DNA of 64,000 nucleotides. It comes from Balanoglossus misakiensis. Taxonomy: Eukaryota > Animalia > Hemichordata. A program made the position numbers and the translations under genes. The stretch covers positions 11,793,477 through 11,857,476 of the forward strand of contig CM082593.2 in assembly GCA_040954595.2 (NCBI GenBank), written 5' to 3'. This document shows, piece by piece, positions 12,047 through 25,307 of this stretch. Every line of letters begins with the position of its first letter. The first letter of the stretch is position 1. The notes beneath the pieces were generated by a model, which worked only from the letters and a program-made list of their open reading frames with translations, was not told where the DNA came from and did not search any database.

Positions 12047-13155
12047 GATAGTCAACCCTAAATCTAATATAATAGTCGCGAAAATTTCTATGACAAACAA
12101 AAAATGAAGGGGACACCCTTGTCAGATCCCTTTGGATGGATAACCTTTAGAGAAGACATTGCCATTTTTCAAACATCTAGTATGTGATTATACATAGTTT
12201 TAACCCTATAACGCTGCCAAGTCAGTTTGATATCCAGGGTGCCTAGAATCCTGGCTCCCAGGCCTGTTAGGCTGCCAAGGGCGTGTTACGCAGTAGGGCC
12301 TATACTAGACCCTCAAACCAAACCAGGCAAACCAGTACGATTTAGTACATTTAAGGGGGCTTAGACTGCCAAGTGTGTATATGAGAGCCATGGCAAGACA
12401 GTCAAAATACGTTTAGGAAGATAAAATGGCAAACACATATTTTAAGGGACTTGACACTCTAAACAGGTATGACACCTAGTAGCATTAGGGTTAAAATATA
12501 GCTGCAAGCCAAAATGGTCATCTGAGGTCACCCGAAATTTGGGCAAAATTTTTGACCCCATACTGGTCCAGGTCCATCAGAAACCAAACCTTCAGCCCTA
12601 TTGGTTCGCCTGGAATTAGGTATACACATAATTAATGAGTTAAGCAGTTGTACAGGTGACCTCAAAATTCGGCTTTTCATTTTAGTCCCATCCCTCGAAA
12701 TGCTAAGGCTGTACCTGCTCTGGATGCCGAGATATGAGAAAGTAGATCACCTGAGGTCACCCAAAATTTTATGGAAAAAATTGGACCCCACACTTGTCCA
12801 TGTCCAACCGAAACAAAACCTCTAGCCTATTAGTAAGCCTAGAATTAGGTATGCACATAATTAATTAGGTCAAAGGTCAAGGGGTAACAAGTACATGTGT
12901 ATGCTTCATCCCACCAAATATGAAGTCTGTCGGTCTAATAGTTACGTACTTATGAGCATTTATGTTATATATAGTTCAACGGTCACCGAGGTCCATGACA
13001 TTGCGGCGAAATGATTTGGTCCAATAGTTGTACCTGTCCACCAAAAATCAGCTCCCTAGGTGTATTAGTTAGCGTAGAAGTAGATATGTGTTTTTCAAGG
13101 TAGGTCAAAGGTCAAGGGGTCACCCGAAATTTGGCTTCTCATTTCGGCCCCTTGG

Positions 13156-14004
13156 TCAGTCCCTGTTCACTCCATAAATGGAGACGTGTTCTGCGCAACC
13201 GCAGTACGTGTAACCTCGTGAATCAGATGTGCACATGCATACAGCAGTCCCTGTTCACTCCATAAATGGAGACGTGTTCTGCGCAACCACAGCTGGACCT
13301 GTGAAAGATCAAATCCGATCGACATATTTAGTTTCCGTATATTATATTGACCAATGCAGACTAAATCTAATAGAATTACTACATGTAGTATATCGTGTAC
13401 AATACACATGTTTGACAATATTGCAGTTTGAGTGTTAGATGCTGCAGACATGTATACCCGATCTAAATTTCCGACCTACACATGTACATGTATTACTGTT
13501 CACATGTACATACACGGTAACCGCATTCTGAAAATGACATGGTATTTTCAAAATGTTACCCCAAATTACCCCATCATGTGAGAGCCATGAAACTCACACC
13601 CATTGTCCAGCAGTAGTTAGTTGAGTATCCTATTCACTCAAAACAAAAAGAACGGGTGTGAAAAAGTCACTAAAACAGCATTGATACAGAGGTGTATAAC
13701 ACTGTCCATGATTTCAAGAGAAAAACATGAACGCAGCCCAGGCAGATCGGTCACTGTATGTGGCGATATCTTTCTAAGTATTTCACTCAACTTGTACAGA
13801 CGATGCCATGCTGTCTTCTGGAATGTGCTGGTAACGTCACACTTCGAAATTTTCCGAAGTTGCCGCTCCATAGGGTCGAAAATCACCGAAGTCTACGTGT
13901 AAACAAATCAGCGAATGATACTCACTTGCAAACTTTGCGGGATATGCAAATTTATTTCTGAGCATGCGCAGTACGTCTCCATTTAAGGAGTGAACAGGGA
14001 CTGA
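13156..14004. mobile_element. MITE with about 40-bp TIR, duplicated left TIR, apparent 3-bp TSD (TGG)
   Basis: tcagtccctgttcactccataaatggagacgt / acgtctccatttaaggagtgaacagggactga; left TIR repeated at 13245. Confidence 0.7.
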
Positions 14005-14531
14005 TGGTGATCGCTGGCAAGCTGCAGTGAACACTGGCTGTCCAGGACCTTTATAATATAGACCAGAATGCCATAATAGATGTGATAGCTTCACTGTACA
14101 GGTATAGGCCATATGGCTAGATCACATGACTAATTAACTATTAATTGTTGGGGTCACATCCACACGGCCTCATCCACAGTGCCAAGTTTGAGATTGCTAC
14201 ATTGAGTCCTTCATGCTTGAATACGATGTTGTCATAGCCTTTTTGTAAATTTGGCCCTTATATGGTCATCATGTCACGTGACAAATTATATATTCACGGA
14301 TTAGGCATGTGTCTCCTCATTGGCCCCGTCCACTGTGCCATGGTTAAAATTTGTACATTGAGTCCTTCATGCTTGAATATGTTGTTGTCATAGTTTATTT
14401 GTAAATTTTGCCCTTATATTGTCATCATGTCACGTGACTAATTATACATTCACAGGTTAGGTACATGTCCACTCATTGCCCCATCCACTGTGCCAAGTTT
14501 AAGGTTTGTTCATTGGGTCCTTAATACTTGA

Positions 14532-15161
14532 TTATTACACCTCACTCTGTATTCTGTAGTCTTGATTGGCTGAAACCGTACCACGTGACATAGAAAAAAA
14601 CGTGATATTGCATGGTTGACAGAGTCTATGGCCCGTAGGTAGGGGCTACGGGCCGGAGATACGCGTGCGCTGAGAGTATATTGCCGGCTGTGAACAGGTT
14701 TTAGGTTCTGCGCATCTTTTCTGCGCATAACAAACTGTCGTTCAATGGCTTCCTTCACGATCAGTCAACTCCCGCATATATGGCTTCAAAGCGACACACA
14801 GGATTAACACCTGTTTAACTGGACGATATTTTACCGCAAATGGACAGCAAATACACCAAAGCCGCAACCAACATCGCAGTTTATCTGAATTCGAAGTAGG
14901 TACACTGTACAGCGAGATATTTTAGTTCACTGTACCTGCATCGTACGAAATGGACGCAACCCTCTATGCTGTGTATGGTCAAATGTTCGGTATAATAAAA
15001 TTAATAACACATAACCCTAACCCTGGTGATCTCTGACCATAATACTGTTGATGCCCTTTCCTGTGGCTCGGGCATCATCAATATTATTATGGTCAGAGAT
15101 CACCATCCCTCGTGCAGGCCAAAGATCATGATATTGCCCTCGCTAACATGTGTTATTATTT
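14532..15161 (+). mobile_element. Crypton-like non-autonomous element with terminal hairpin
   Basis: Interrupts a 155-bp repeat (cttga|aatacgatg); hairpin at about 15003-15160; peptide remnant MASKRHTGLTPV*LDDILPQMDSKYTKAATNIAV at 14780-14881. Confidence 0.45.
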
Positions 15162-16198
15162 AAATACGATGTTGTCATAGCTTTACTATGCAGGTATAGT
15201 AAAGCCTATGCCTTGGTCCAGACCCCCCATGGTCAATGAAAAAATATGAAATATAATGATCAAAAATCTTCTTCTCAAAATTGGCATACCCTAGGACCAT
15301 GAAATTTGGCATGTAGGACCATGGCAATATGGTTCACAAAGCATCTTAAAATAATTGTGATTCGTGATATTTTATGCAAATGAGAGCAATTTGAAAATTT
15401 TGCCCTTATATGGTCATCAGGTCACGTGACTAATTTAACATTCACGAACGTACTGCACCAGATCTCATTGGCCTGCATCATTGTGCCAAATTTGAGAATT
15501 GTAGGTTAAGCCGTTTTCAAGATCCTAGTGGCCGATGAAAGTGCCCAAGAAGAAGATAAATGCCAGCAATACCAATAGGGGCCCCGCCCATAGGGGCTTG
15601 GGCCCCTAAAAACCCAAGTAATAACAATAGCGGCCCCGCCCATAGGGGCTTGGGTCCCTAAAAACGCCAGTTATACCAATAGGGGCCCCGCCCATAGGGG
15701 CTTGGGCCCCTAATAAGTTAGTTGTAAAGTTATTACTGAGCTTGAATTTCACTAGCGACTAAAAGTAAACAAAAACTGATGGTCAAAGTATCACAAGCTT
15801 TATTTTGGTTTTATGTAGGATGTAATATGCTTATAGCACACTGCCAAATTAATGTCAACCAATAAGACCGGTAGGATACGATCGAAAACCACACGTATTA
15901 ATGTGTAAAAGGCCGAACTTCCCAATAAATTTGGGTAGCCGACTACAGACAGAGTCGAACCGATGCATGATCTGAAGTATCAAGACACATGGACTATTAT
16001 TTATTGTTTCAGCAATTTGACTTAAGTTTATAATTTCCTATGGCAGTTTTTGCCGACAAGAATCAATGCCCGACCAAACAAAATGGACATTTTCACATGA
16101 TCGTTACTGAGGTCACAAGTTAGCCAAGCCCTCATACACGCGCTATTCGGACCTATCGGTGATCTGTTTGTGTGTTTAGCTAAGGTGGTAAACTGTTC

Positions 16199-19100
16199 AT
16201 CAATCAATCAATCAATCAAAAGGACTTATAGAGCACCAAACTCCACTGCAATAGTGTTCAATAGTGCTTTACAATGTAAAGTTACTGTTAATAGGCTCTG
16301 TTAAACAGATAAGTCTTGATGTGTTTCTTGAAACTGTCAAGGCTAGGTGACTAGCATACCTCTATTGGGACACTGTTCCAAATGAGTGGGGCGATATACG
16401 AAAAAACACGATCGCCGTACGTTTTCTTCTTACTCCATGGTACATGAAGTAGAAATTTGTCATTTGAACGAAGAAGTCTTGTTGAAGTTTTCAGATGGAT
16501 TAAGTCAGAGATTTAAGTTGGTGCTGTGTTGTTTAATGCCTTATATGTCATAAGCAAGATCTTGTATTGGATTCTATAGTGTACAGGCAACCAATGTAAA
16601 TCCATGAGAACAGGAGTAATATGATCCGTTTTACGGGTACGAGAAACGATCCTGGCTGCAGAATTCAGGGCATGCTGTAGCGGTTGAATGCATGATGATG
16701 GTAAACCACAGAGTATTGCATTACAGTAGTCCAGTTTTGATGTGATTAGAGCATGAACCAGCATCTGGCAAACTTACTTAGTGAGGTAACGGCGAATGTG
16801 GCTGATTTGACGCAGATGGAAGAAAATTGACTTGCAAATTGCGTTAATGTGCTTATTGAAAGTGTAATTGTCGTCGAATGTCACACCTATATTCCGTGCA
16901 GAATTCACAATTCACAACATGATCCAATGCTCATGTGGTTTATGGGACGAGGCGAGCGGTTGAACTGAGACCTTGTCAGGAGTACTTCGGTTTTGCCACC
17001 ATTGAGTTGAAGTTTATTATGTGTAATCCAGGTTTTTATTTCGTGAACTGCCCTTTCCATCTTGTCTAATGTATAATGTACTTATGGTGTCTAACTGGAA
17101 GAAATATTGGTATAGTTGGTTGTCATCGGCATATTGGTGAAAATTGACTTTGTGGTGACAAATAAGTTGAGCAAGTGGTTGGATGTAGCTGCAGAACAAA
17201 AGTGGTCCAAGCACTGAACCGTGTGGTACTCCATATTGTAGATATTGAGGTTCTGACATTGTGCCATACAAACTGCTGTCTGTCCTTAAGATATGATGAG
17301 AACCATTGTAGTGGGATGTTGGTGATGCCCAGTTTTGATAACCTTGAGATGAGTATGTCGTGATCTATGGTATCAAACACAGAGGAGAGATCGAGGAGAA
17401 CCATGAGAACATATTTACCGGCATCCAGTGCCATACAAATATCGTTGTTGACTTTAGTAAGTGCTGTTTCGGTACTGTGATCCTTTCGGTACGCTGACTG
17501 CAGTGGTTCTTGTAGTGAGTTGGTAGTCAAATATGATGTCAATTGTTGTGCTACAATCTTCCCGATTACTTTTGACAGGACGGTTAGGTTTGAAACAGGT
17601 CTATAGTTCTTGAAAATGTTTTTGTCGAGCGAAGGTTTCTTGAGTATATTGGTGTGATGACTGCTATTTTAAGTTATTCAGGAACAGTTCCAGTTTTGAG
17701 TGACAAATTGATAATTGTGGCTGTGATAGTGAGCAGATTACCAAGACATTGCTTAACAAGTGCTGTAGGGATGGGATCAAGTACACATGTTTTAGATGGA
17801 GAGCCAGAGATAACTTTGCTGATTTCTTCGTCTTTAGCTGTGTGGAATTCAGGAAGTGTTGATGAGACTGCTGGGTGCAGAAATTGGTAATCTTTTGAAG
17901 TAGGGTTTACCATGTCGTGGCTGGAACGGATAGATATGATTTTAGTGATGAAATATTTACTGAATGTCTCTGCTAAGTCTATTTTAGCAGTGTGGTCAGG
18001 TAGAGTCTTTTCTTGTTGCTTGCCAGCCAGGGTTGATATGATTTGAAATAGTGACTTCTGGTTACCATACTTTTCCTCAATTAGATGTGAGAAGTATGAC
18101 TTTTTGGTAGCTCTGATTAAGTGACTGACATTTCTGCACTCATGTTGATATATCTGACGATGAATCTCCAGCTTAGTTTTTCGCCACAGATGTTCAGCCT
18201 TCCGTCTATTCTTTTTTGCAATGTCGATTTCATGAGTATACCATTTGGTACCTGGACGTATGATCACTGTACGCTTTTGAAGTGGTGCGTTGGCTTGAAG
18301 AACTTCACTGACGTGTTGGTTATAAGCTGATATGGCTGAGGAGAAGTGTTTGGAGGCGAGGACATGTGATGTATTTTGTCGAGATCATGGCTGAAACTAT
18401 CAATTGAAATGGCAGATACGACGATAAGATATTTGACGTCTACTGTGTGTTGGTTTTGGAAGAGCAAGTTTTGCATTGACAGGATTGTGATCAGAGAGTT
18501 CCAAGCAGTCTACAGAGACACTCTTGACGTTAGACGCAGAGTTAGATAAGATGAGATCAAGAGTATGACCCTTTCTGTGTGTTGGTTGTTGGACCCATTG
18601 TTTCAGATTACAGGCGCTGATGATTCCATTGAATTTCTGTGTTACTGGATTCTTATCATCTTCTAGGTGAATATTGAAATCTCCTACGATGAAGAGATTA
18701 CTTGACCTACTTCTCAAGTGTTGTACTGAACTCTTCCATGAACTGTGGTGCAGTGAACTTATTCTTAACTGATGGTGGTGGACGGAAAGTTTCTGGTGAA
18801 GAATAGTTGCTTCCGCTGCCTCAAAAGATTTAAACCCCGGTGCGGCGTATAAAAGACCCCCCAAATCAGTGGCGAATCTTAATGCTGTTTGCCTGACAAC
18901 AGACAGCACCAACGATCTTGGCTCTATGAAAATCGGCCCAAACAGGTCCAAGCATAAAGAATTACACCACACAACGACAGTAGTTGGCTTTATAAACACA
19001 CACAACATAAAGTTATCGACGAAAAAGTACACGAGCTTATGAAACAACGATGATTTTGGGAGAAATCTGGTTTCAGTGCTTTTCAGAAGCGTCCCTGGGA

Positions 19101-19584
19101 AACAATAACCACGCCATTGAAACAGTTGTCAATCGCGTGGAAGTGTGAAGTGTTCAATTATTTTCTGTGTACATGAGAGCCATTACACAGTCATTATGCA
19201 CGACGACCACTCCCGATAAACAACTATACAAACACACGTTAATCCGAACCCCAGGACTTTCTGCACCGGGGTTTAACAGAGAGAATAGGCTTCCAAGCTG
19301 TTAATTTTAGTGCTAGCTTATGAATTTAAGCTAAGCCTCCACCGATCTTGCCAACCCCAGGTAGATGTTTGACAGCATAGCCTGGTGGTGTGCATTCAGC
19401 CATTACGTGTTCGTCACCAGATTCCTTCAACCATGTTTCAGTGAGTACAAGAATATCAATGTCTTTATCTGTGATGTAGTCTGCAATGTCTAATGATTTG
19501 CATCTAGCTGAGCGGACATTCCATGTAGAGAGTAGAAGTTCACACGTATTGTGGATAGGATGGATCTTGAATAAGTTGCATAGT
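16199..19584 (-). mobile_element. L2-clade LINE, near-complete ORF2 (APE endonuclease + RT), degenerate
   Basis: WNVRS..LTETWL..VVYRPP..GDFNIH..GHTLDL..SDH endonuclease motifs; [54 protein letters not shown] motifs; (TTGA)n tail. Confidence 0.9.
18785..19213. other. About 430-bp insertion inside the L2 endonuclease (splits YRPP)
   Basis: Removing it and one flanking CG restores gttgtttatcgtccaccacca (VVYRPPP) on the minus strand. Confidence 0.6.
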
Positions 19585-20068
19585 CACTCTTCAATAGATA
19601 TTTAGTGACTCGCTAACTGTTGCGATTCGTGTGTGTGTAATTTACGTACTTCAAGTTAAATATCGCAACTAGCCATAATGTTTGACTAGGGGGAGCACCT
19701 ATACTAATGCGAGAACCAGGGATTGAAAGTTGCACCTGTGTTTAGATCCCTTAGTTACCCTTATAAGTACATTTGTTGTTCAATAACCATAGTTCTATTG
19801 CAAACCATTCTTTTCGTAGTTTCTTATTTCAAATATTGTAATCTGAATTTATTTTGGTGTTTAACAGGTGTGATTATCTGTATTGGCGGCCATTTTGAAA
19901 ATAATTGGTTGCCATGGAAACTCTTTAACAGATATTTAGTGACTCGCTATCTGAATTTGTTCAGTACACATTAACACACATCTGAGCCAAGTTTGGTGCT
20001 TTTATCACAAAATACACAATCGATATGAAAATTTGGGTTTTGGTGCTCCACTACATAAGTAACATTAA

Positions 20069-20890
20069 GGATGTACGTTCAGTAAAATTGAAAGTATTGT
20101 CATTTTTTTTAATTGTGGATTTTTTTATTCTCCTTTGTATGTATAATAAAAATCCGTAATTAAATATAGGGGTCACCGGGCTTGTTTTTGAAATACAGAG
20201 CTATGAATTTGGTCGATAATAGAAGAAATCTGCTGACTCAGCATTTTTCACCAGCGGTTTGTCTATGGGCAAAATTCTTAACACAATTTATCTAAAAAAA
20301 GAGCACGGTGACCCCTATATTTTATTTGACCAATGAATTTATATTTGCTGGACTGAGCTATGTGTAAAATTTCGTGAAAATGACAATAGTAGAAGTTTGT
20401 TTTCTGGCGATTATTACATATAATTCCCCCGTATTTCGAACGAGTGTGCCTGCGTCGCGGACGAGTGATTCCCCGTATAGCGGCCGTATCCCTCCGAGCC
20501 ATTCTATACGGGGAATCGAGAGTTCGCGACGCAGGTACACGAGTGAGGAATACGGGGGAATTATATGTTTATCACATACATAGATCCGCTAATTTTGATT
20601 TTCAAATAAATCTCTTTGTGGTTGCGATAAAATTTGTAACTATTTTGTGCAAAATTGAAGATCGATGTTATGCGGTCTATCTGCCAGGTGACTCAGGTCA
20701 CGACCTGGACGATTCTGGTTTTGGCGATGACCCGTCTGTCGTGCGTCAGCAGGATTTCATCGTCCGTCAAGGTTTCACTGGAGCAGGAAACCTTTCTTAT
20801 GCCTTTTGCTTCATGACTAGACCGTTTTGCTCTAATCGTCGCATCAAAATTTTTGCGAATACTCAGTTTTGTACCTGTCGCTCGTTCGAC
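20069..20890. mobile_element. Longer or truncated relative of the 4583-4994 MITE with internal hairpin
   Basis: ttaa-ggatgtacgttcag start; reverse-complement match to about 20410; hairpin 20415-20568; no right TIR before unit 1 begins. Confidence 0.55.
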
Positions 20891-21354
20891 ATAATTACAT
20901 ACATATAAGTATGTTAAATAACGACTTTTGAACAAATAATTTAGCTAAATAATAAGTTAACACATGGCACCCCATACAAACATTACGTCCAGTCCAAATA
21001 TTCTGCCAATTTTACATCCAATGCATTCAAATAGTGGACTGCTTCGCTTTCATCCAGTTTTCATGTGCATCGTATAAGTAGACTTTTGTTTTGTCCCGTC
21101 TTTTCACCGAATTTGCTCTTTTCCAAATCTCCGACACAGACTATGATCGTCACATTCTTGTCTGTTGTTAGAACAGCACACTGCCATATGGCATTGACTG
21201 TATACAGTTTCTGTTACCAATATCTCTGGTTTGGCATTTTCCTGTCCTCAATCTTTTGCCAGGGATTTTTGTGTCCCCAACCCGCGTGAGAATCCCACGT
21301 CTTTGAAGGTATGACTGTGACTATAAGATTCTATAAATCTCTGTTTATTTTCAG

Positions 21355-21473
21355 CACTTGATTGCCCAGCTGGTAACCAATGTCCAAATGGTAACACTGT
21401 GATTTTATGCTCGGCTGGTTATTACAGTTCGGCCTTGGACAAAGGATGTCTCGCTGTACCTCTTGCATAACAG
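21355..21473 (+). pseudogene. GCC2/GCC3 (ephrin-receptor-like Cys-rich) pseudo-exon a
   Basis: ttttcAG..GTaaac; DCPAGNQCPNGNTVILCSAGYYS, frameshift, then CTSCIT. Net 12 bp shorter than in units 2 and 3. Confidence 0.7.
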
Positions 21474-21725
21474 GTAAACTTCTACCCACCAACCTTTATT
21501 TCCAACATCAAACATTAGGTCAGGTAATTTACTAACTGAAAAATAGGATGGGAACATTTTCCATTTCTGTATTTAAAATTTACTGATATAATATATGAAT
21601 GAAAAAATGACAATTTTTCCAAATTTGAATAGACCTATTTATGAAAATAATTAAAATTTGCGCCAATTTTTTACAGTGGTATTCAAAGGTTAACTTGGTG
21701 TGTAAATTCTTTGTTTGATTTACAG

Positions 21726-21859
21726 ATCAGCCGGTGCTGAACAGTGTACTATTTGTGAGCAAGGGTACGCCTGCACAGATCCCAGTGCATCGCAATTCAA
21801 GTGTACCAAGGGTTACGTGTCATTGGCTGGTGCAACAAACTGTACCAGATGTACAAATG
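21726..21859 (+). pseudogene. GCC2/GCC3 pseudo-exon b
   Basis: tacAG..GTaaga; SAGAEQCTICEQGYACTDPSASQFKCTKGYVSLAGATNCTRCTN; acceptor phase does not fit exon a. Confidence 0.7.
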
Positions 21860-21966
21860 GTAAGATTGTGGTACTTGTTCAGTTTGCTGTGTGATGAAAC
21901 TGAGTGGTATGTGTGTATGCATGTATGTGTTTACAACAGATTTTCAAGTCAGTGCGACTGGGGTTA

Positions 21967-21998
<32 letters not shown>

Positions 21999-22242
21999 TA
22001 CAACAGATTATCAACTCAGTGCGAAATCTTGCGAGACCCGGTTAGCCATGTGAGATCTCGCAGAGTCTTATGATATTCAGAAAATGGTTGATTAGAAATG
22101 ACGTTTAATGTCCTCCAAAGAATTTTCTACATGCCCGTATACTTGTCTCAGAATTATGAAGTGAATCATCTCAAGTAATTTGTTATTTTAAATGACACTG
22201 TATCACAAATACTTCACTAAAAACCTCATTTTCTTTAATCAG

Positions 22243-22440
22243 ATGAAATAAGTGAGGAGCCTGCACGCACATCCCGTCTTCTGTGCCCTGCTGGACAATC
22301 GTGTTCAGATCCAATGTAAGATCCGCTTGACTGTGGCAATGGTGAATATGCTATGGAAGGCGACGGCACATGCACGCCTTGTCCAGCAGGATCCAAGTGT
22401 CCAACCATGTCACCCGTAGTTGATTGTTCAACAGTTACTG
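22243..22440 (+). pseudogene. GCC2/GCC3 pseudo-exon c, in-frame TAA
   Basis: cAG..GTaagt, 198 nt; CPAGQSCSDPM*DPLDCGNGEYAMEGDGTCTPCPAGSKCP; stop at 22317-22319, present in all three units. Confidence 0.75.
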
Positions 22441-22874
22441 GTAAGTTGGGCTGCAAATTACTCTTATGACTTCCCTGTGTTATAGCATGACATACACAGA
22501 AAATTAAACTGTTATGCTCATTGGAGTTGATATTGTGATGCACTTTGAAAAACACAATGATTCCACTGAAGAGGTATTGTACAGTAACACCTGTGATTAC
22601 GGACATCTCTCTAATAAGGGATCGTTGGACCAAACCAATCGTTCTTTGAATTTTTTCTGTGATAGGTTCATACTCGCTAGGTTCGGCCAAGTCCTTCTGG
22701 TTATGAATGCACAACTACAAATGTCACACAGTGCGCTACAGGGAAGTAAAGTGTTGAAGGAGGTAAGTCTTGAAATCTCTTTTCTTCTGGTCTCGATTTG
22801 AACATGGTTCCACAAGTTGTTTACATCACTTGTAGTTTTACATATTTTTTTAGTTCAACAGCTATGCTATACAT

Positions 22875-23516
22875 GGTGTCCTGAGAAGTCGACCAGTATG
22901 AGAAGTCGGTATCGGCCAGTACGAGAAGTCGGCCTGTGGGAGAGAACCCTGGTACTTTGTGTTATATATAACTGTTTCACTACGAAATGTTTCCTTGATG
23001 TACAGGAGCTGAGATATTTGTACAAATAGCCGATGAATTTTAAAACTGTCTGTTCACTTTTCATGTACGTCACCGGGGTACGTCAACATCAGTCACCTGC
23101 ACTTCTTGAGCTGCGCCAGTAGTCTGTTCCTTGTCACGTTTGTTTGTTTGGTGTTGTCTCAGAAAGTATGAATATACACATACATCTTCTATGTATTTTA
23201 GTAGGCTTTGAAACAACTCCCTTTAATCAGAAATGTCACAGGAATTTGGCGAACAACCTAAGCTCCTTACGCGGATACGGGGATGGGGAACTGGTACGGA
23301 TGCCAGACGCCATTATTTGAAATGACGCCATTGTGTTGTCAAGAATTTGGGAAATCCGTCCAAATGAAAATATTTAGTGCAATTATATTTTATTAAGTGT
23401 TGTTATAAGTAATCTGGGTCATCACTGCACTATTCGGGTACAAGTTCAACAACTGGCCGACTTCTCATACGCGCGTAGTGGCTGACTTCTAATCTGGCCG
23501 ACTTCTCATGTATTCC
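22875..23516. mobile_element. MITE with gagaagtcgg subterminal repeats, TSD TATACAT
   Basis: Inverted gagaagtcggccag / ctggccgacttctc motifs; tatacat on both flanks; copy at 46007-46648 and a partial copy in unit 3. Confidence 0.65.
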
Positions 23517-23692
23517 TATACATTAGTGAAAATTGGGGAAACTGGTGTTTTCAGACAACTTATGAAGTCCCTTTCGCAATATTCACTCTAAAACAGCGGG
23601 TGATATTCCTTTTAAAATTTAACCAAATAAGCATACTTGAACTCTGTCATATCGGCAAAACACTCACTACACAAGCTGCTGTTATTCTACAG

Positions 23693-23909
23693 ACATGACA
23701 TGTGCTGATTGCGGCGTAGGTAACTACTGTCCAGATGGGTCAGACAGCCCCATTCCTTGTCCATCAAGTTATTATGCTGACACAGCCACAGAAGTATCCT
23801 GTACCCCTTGCGATCCAGGCTGTCAGTGTGCAGCAACATCACCCACTTGCCTGCACATCAAGAACCTACTCTCTGGGACCATCAACAACATGTACTCCCC
23901 TTCTACCAG
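23693..23909 (+). pseudogene. GCC2/GCC3 pseudo-exon d, frameshifted
   Basis: tacAG..GTttgt; MTCADCGVGNYCPDGSDSPIPCPSSYYADTATEVSCTPCDPGCQC then frameshift to ACTSRTYSLGPSTTCTP. Confidence 0.75.
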
Positions 23910-24729
23910 GTTTGTAGTCGTCTTAGTCGTAAAAACATATTTAAGGTGTTGGGCACCTCGAAATAAAGGGTCGTCTGATCATGTTAAAATTAATACTGAT
24001 GATACTATGACTTCTAAACATTTAATCTATGGAATAAAAATTGGGGGTCAACCATCTAGAGTTTTGAAAAAGCGCCCTTTATCTAGCACCTCTTTCAGAT
24101 TTTGCCAGGCTCGTAGATTTTTGTAAAATGGCCTCAAAAATAAGAATTTTGGAAGGTTTGTCATATTTTTTCACCATTGTAGAATCTAAATGTTCTGAAT
24201 TATTTTATTTTTAGCAATTTTGAGATTGCTTCATGTTCAGTATGATAATCGCATGTCAATACAACTGTTACATTAAAGGAAAAGTTCAAATCCGCCTAAA
24301 ACCACATTGCATTGGTACCTAGTTAAGTTGTCCTCACTTCTGACGCAAAATTTTGATGTGCAATGCACGTGTCTGTGAAATTGACGAATAAAAAAATTGT
24401 ATACCAGTGCAAAATTAAAAACTCCCTGTGCAGCCTTCTTGGCAACTGCATGCTGGGAAAAGTACTCGGATGATGACGAAAAAGTTTCGGGGTTCCGGGT
24501 AGTGCTACCCCGGAATACAATGTTGGGTGCAGACTCCAACTATGGAAAAGAGATGCAGAATGTCATGTGATATAGTAGTGAAAACAAATACACGTTGGTT
24601 CACGTATTTCAGCTCTCAGCAATCAGGGTGCATTAAAAGGCCTTGATTGGTGTGATATTCACAATTGATGATTATAAATACTTACAGTTGTATACTGTTT
24701 TATTTTGTAAATATTGTGTACATTTGCAG

Positions 24730-24859
24730 CAATGAATCCGTGCGAACACAAACCTTAACCCATGCCGGAATGCTGGTACTTGCCAAGCAATCCAGGGATC
24801 TTGTACAGGCGTCACATGTCTATGTGCTGGCTGCTACCTGGGCTTCACATGTGAAACAC
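24730..24859 (+). pseudogene. 8-Cys EGF exon 1 (frameshifted)
   Basis: gcAG..GTgagt; MNPCE/NPCRNAGTCQAIQGSCTGVTCLCAGCYLGFTCET; 130 nt. Confidence 0.75.
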
Positions 24860-25089
24860 GTGAGTACAGTACTTTGTCATTTATTAAAAAATCTAAGTGC
24901 TGAGGTACATTGTAGTAATAATAGCAGGTGTAGTCATTATCATCATCATCATCATCTTTAAGTCAGTCATATGATCGGTAATAAAAACAGTAAAATCACC
25001 AGTATAAAAACATAACAGAGAAATAATGAACGTGTACTGGTGTTACCATAGGTAACTGTTGTATAAAATTTTGAATTCCTGTCTTCCAG

Positions 25090-25212
25090 TTCCTAATCCA
25101 TGCTTCACTAGTCCTTGTCTCAATGGAGGTACCTGCCAACAACAGGCAAATTCTTGTACTGCCACCATTGGCATGTGCACAGAGTGTTACTAGGGAAACA
25201 GGTGTGAGACAA
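25090..25212 (+). pseudogene. 8-Cys EGF exon 2 (TAG stop)
   Basis: PNPCFTSPCLNGGTCQQQANSCTATIGMCTECY*GNRCET; AG/GTaagt. Confidence 0.8.
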
Positions 25213-25307
25213 GTAAGTTTGAATCTATAGCAGTTAATAATGATAATTATCATTTTTTTTTATTATGATTTAAACTTCACTGATGTTGTACAAACACAAA
25301 AATAGAA

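Larger units (their letters stand above)
12497..15716 (-). mobile_element. HINE-like element (family B) with nested insertions and triplicated 5' terminus
   Basis: Terminus aataggggccccgcccataggggcttgggcccctaa three times at 15575-15713; about 155-bp internal repeats at 14100-15480; body shared with 63083-64000 and 2560-2935. Confidence 0.55.

Noticed and set aside
12199-12494. piggyBac-like MITE (ttaaccct...agggttaa)
   Set aside because: Only about 9 bp of terminal match and no second copy in the window.
15012-15024. Telomeric (TAACCC)n seed
   Set aside because: Only two units, inside another element.
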